A stretch of DNA of 20,000 bases from Chiloscyllium plagiosum (Eukaryota). This document shows positions 19,730-20,000 of the stretch, one piece after another. The notes beneath the pieces were generated by a model. That model was not told where the DNA came from, searched no databases, and was given only the letters and a program-made list of their open reading frames with translations. The DNA lies in the NCBI RefSeq assembly GCF_004010195.1, contig NC_057757.1, forward strand, positions 3,665,870 through 3,685,869. The letters run 5' to 3'. The position numbers and the translations under genes were made by a program. How positions within the stretch are numbered: the stretch's first letter is position 1; the number at the start of each line of letters is the position of its first letter.

Positions 19730-20000
19730 TTAAAAATGTGTTGCAGGAAAAGCGCAGCAGGTCAGGCAGCATCAAAGGAGAAGGAGAATTGATGTTTCGG
19801 ACATAAGCCCTGCTTCAGGAATGAGGAAGGTGTGCCAAGCAGGCTAAGATAAAAGGTAGGGAGGAGGGACTTGAGGGAGGAGCATTGGGAATGCAATAGG
19901 TGGAAGGAAGTTACGGTGAGGGTGATAGGCCAGAGAGGGAGTGGGGGCGGAGAGGTCGGGAAGAAGATTGCAGGTCAAGAAGGCGGTGCTGAGTCTGAGG
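19730..20000 (-). mobile_element. 3' end/pLTR of another Penelope-like element (continues beyond the window)
   Basis: aaaaatgtgttgcaggaaaagcgcagcaggtcaggcagcatc..gatgtttcggacataagccctgcttcaggaatg followed by a G-rich pLTR body like 2920-3065. Confidence 0.85.

Overview
Repeat-rich vertebrate genomic DNA. The HE1-type tRNA SINEs with (AATCT)n tails, CR1-type LINEs and Penelope elements point to a cartilaginous fish, probably a shark (inference). Host genes form a small cluster of GPR139/GPR142-like class A GPCRs. One is a complete two-exon gene on + (6060-6126 joined to 7806-8698, 319 aa) that appears to lack the TM6 W-x-P motif. The others are exon 1 of a divergently oriented paralogue on - (954-1023, exon 2 outside the window) and a decayed copy of the receptor 3' end (9544-9642). 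A 51-bp non-coding inverted repeat brackets exon 1 of the + gene. Most of the rest is nested retroelements: a Penelope-like element with inverted pLTRs and a 14-bp TSD, several short pLTR units with minimal hammerhead-ribozyme motifs, decayed CR1 LINEs, HE1 SINEs, and a Ty3/Gypsy remnant with the Gmr1-like INT-RT-RNaseH order plus a probable 3' LTR. There is also a 40-bp minisatellite and a 512-nt N gap (3773-4284). Family assignments come from motif recognition by eye, not database searches.
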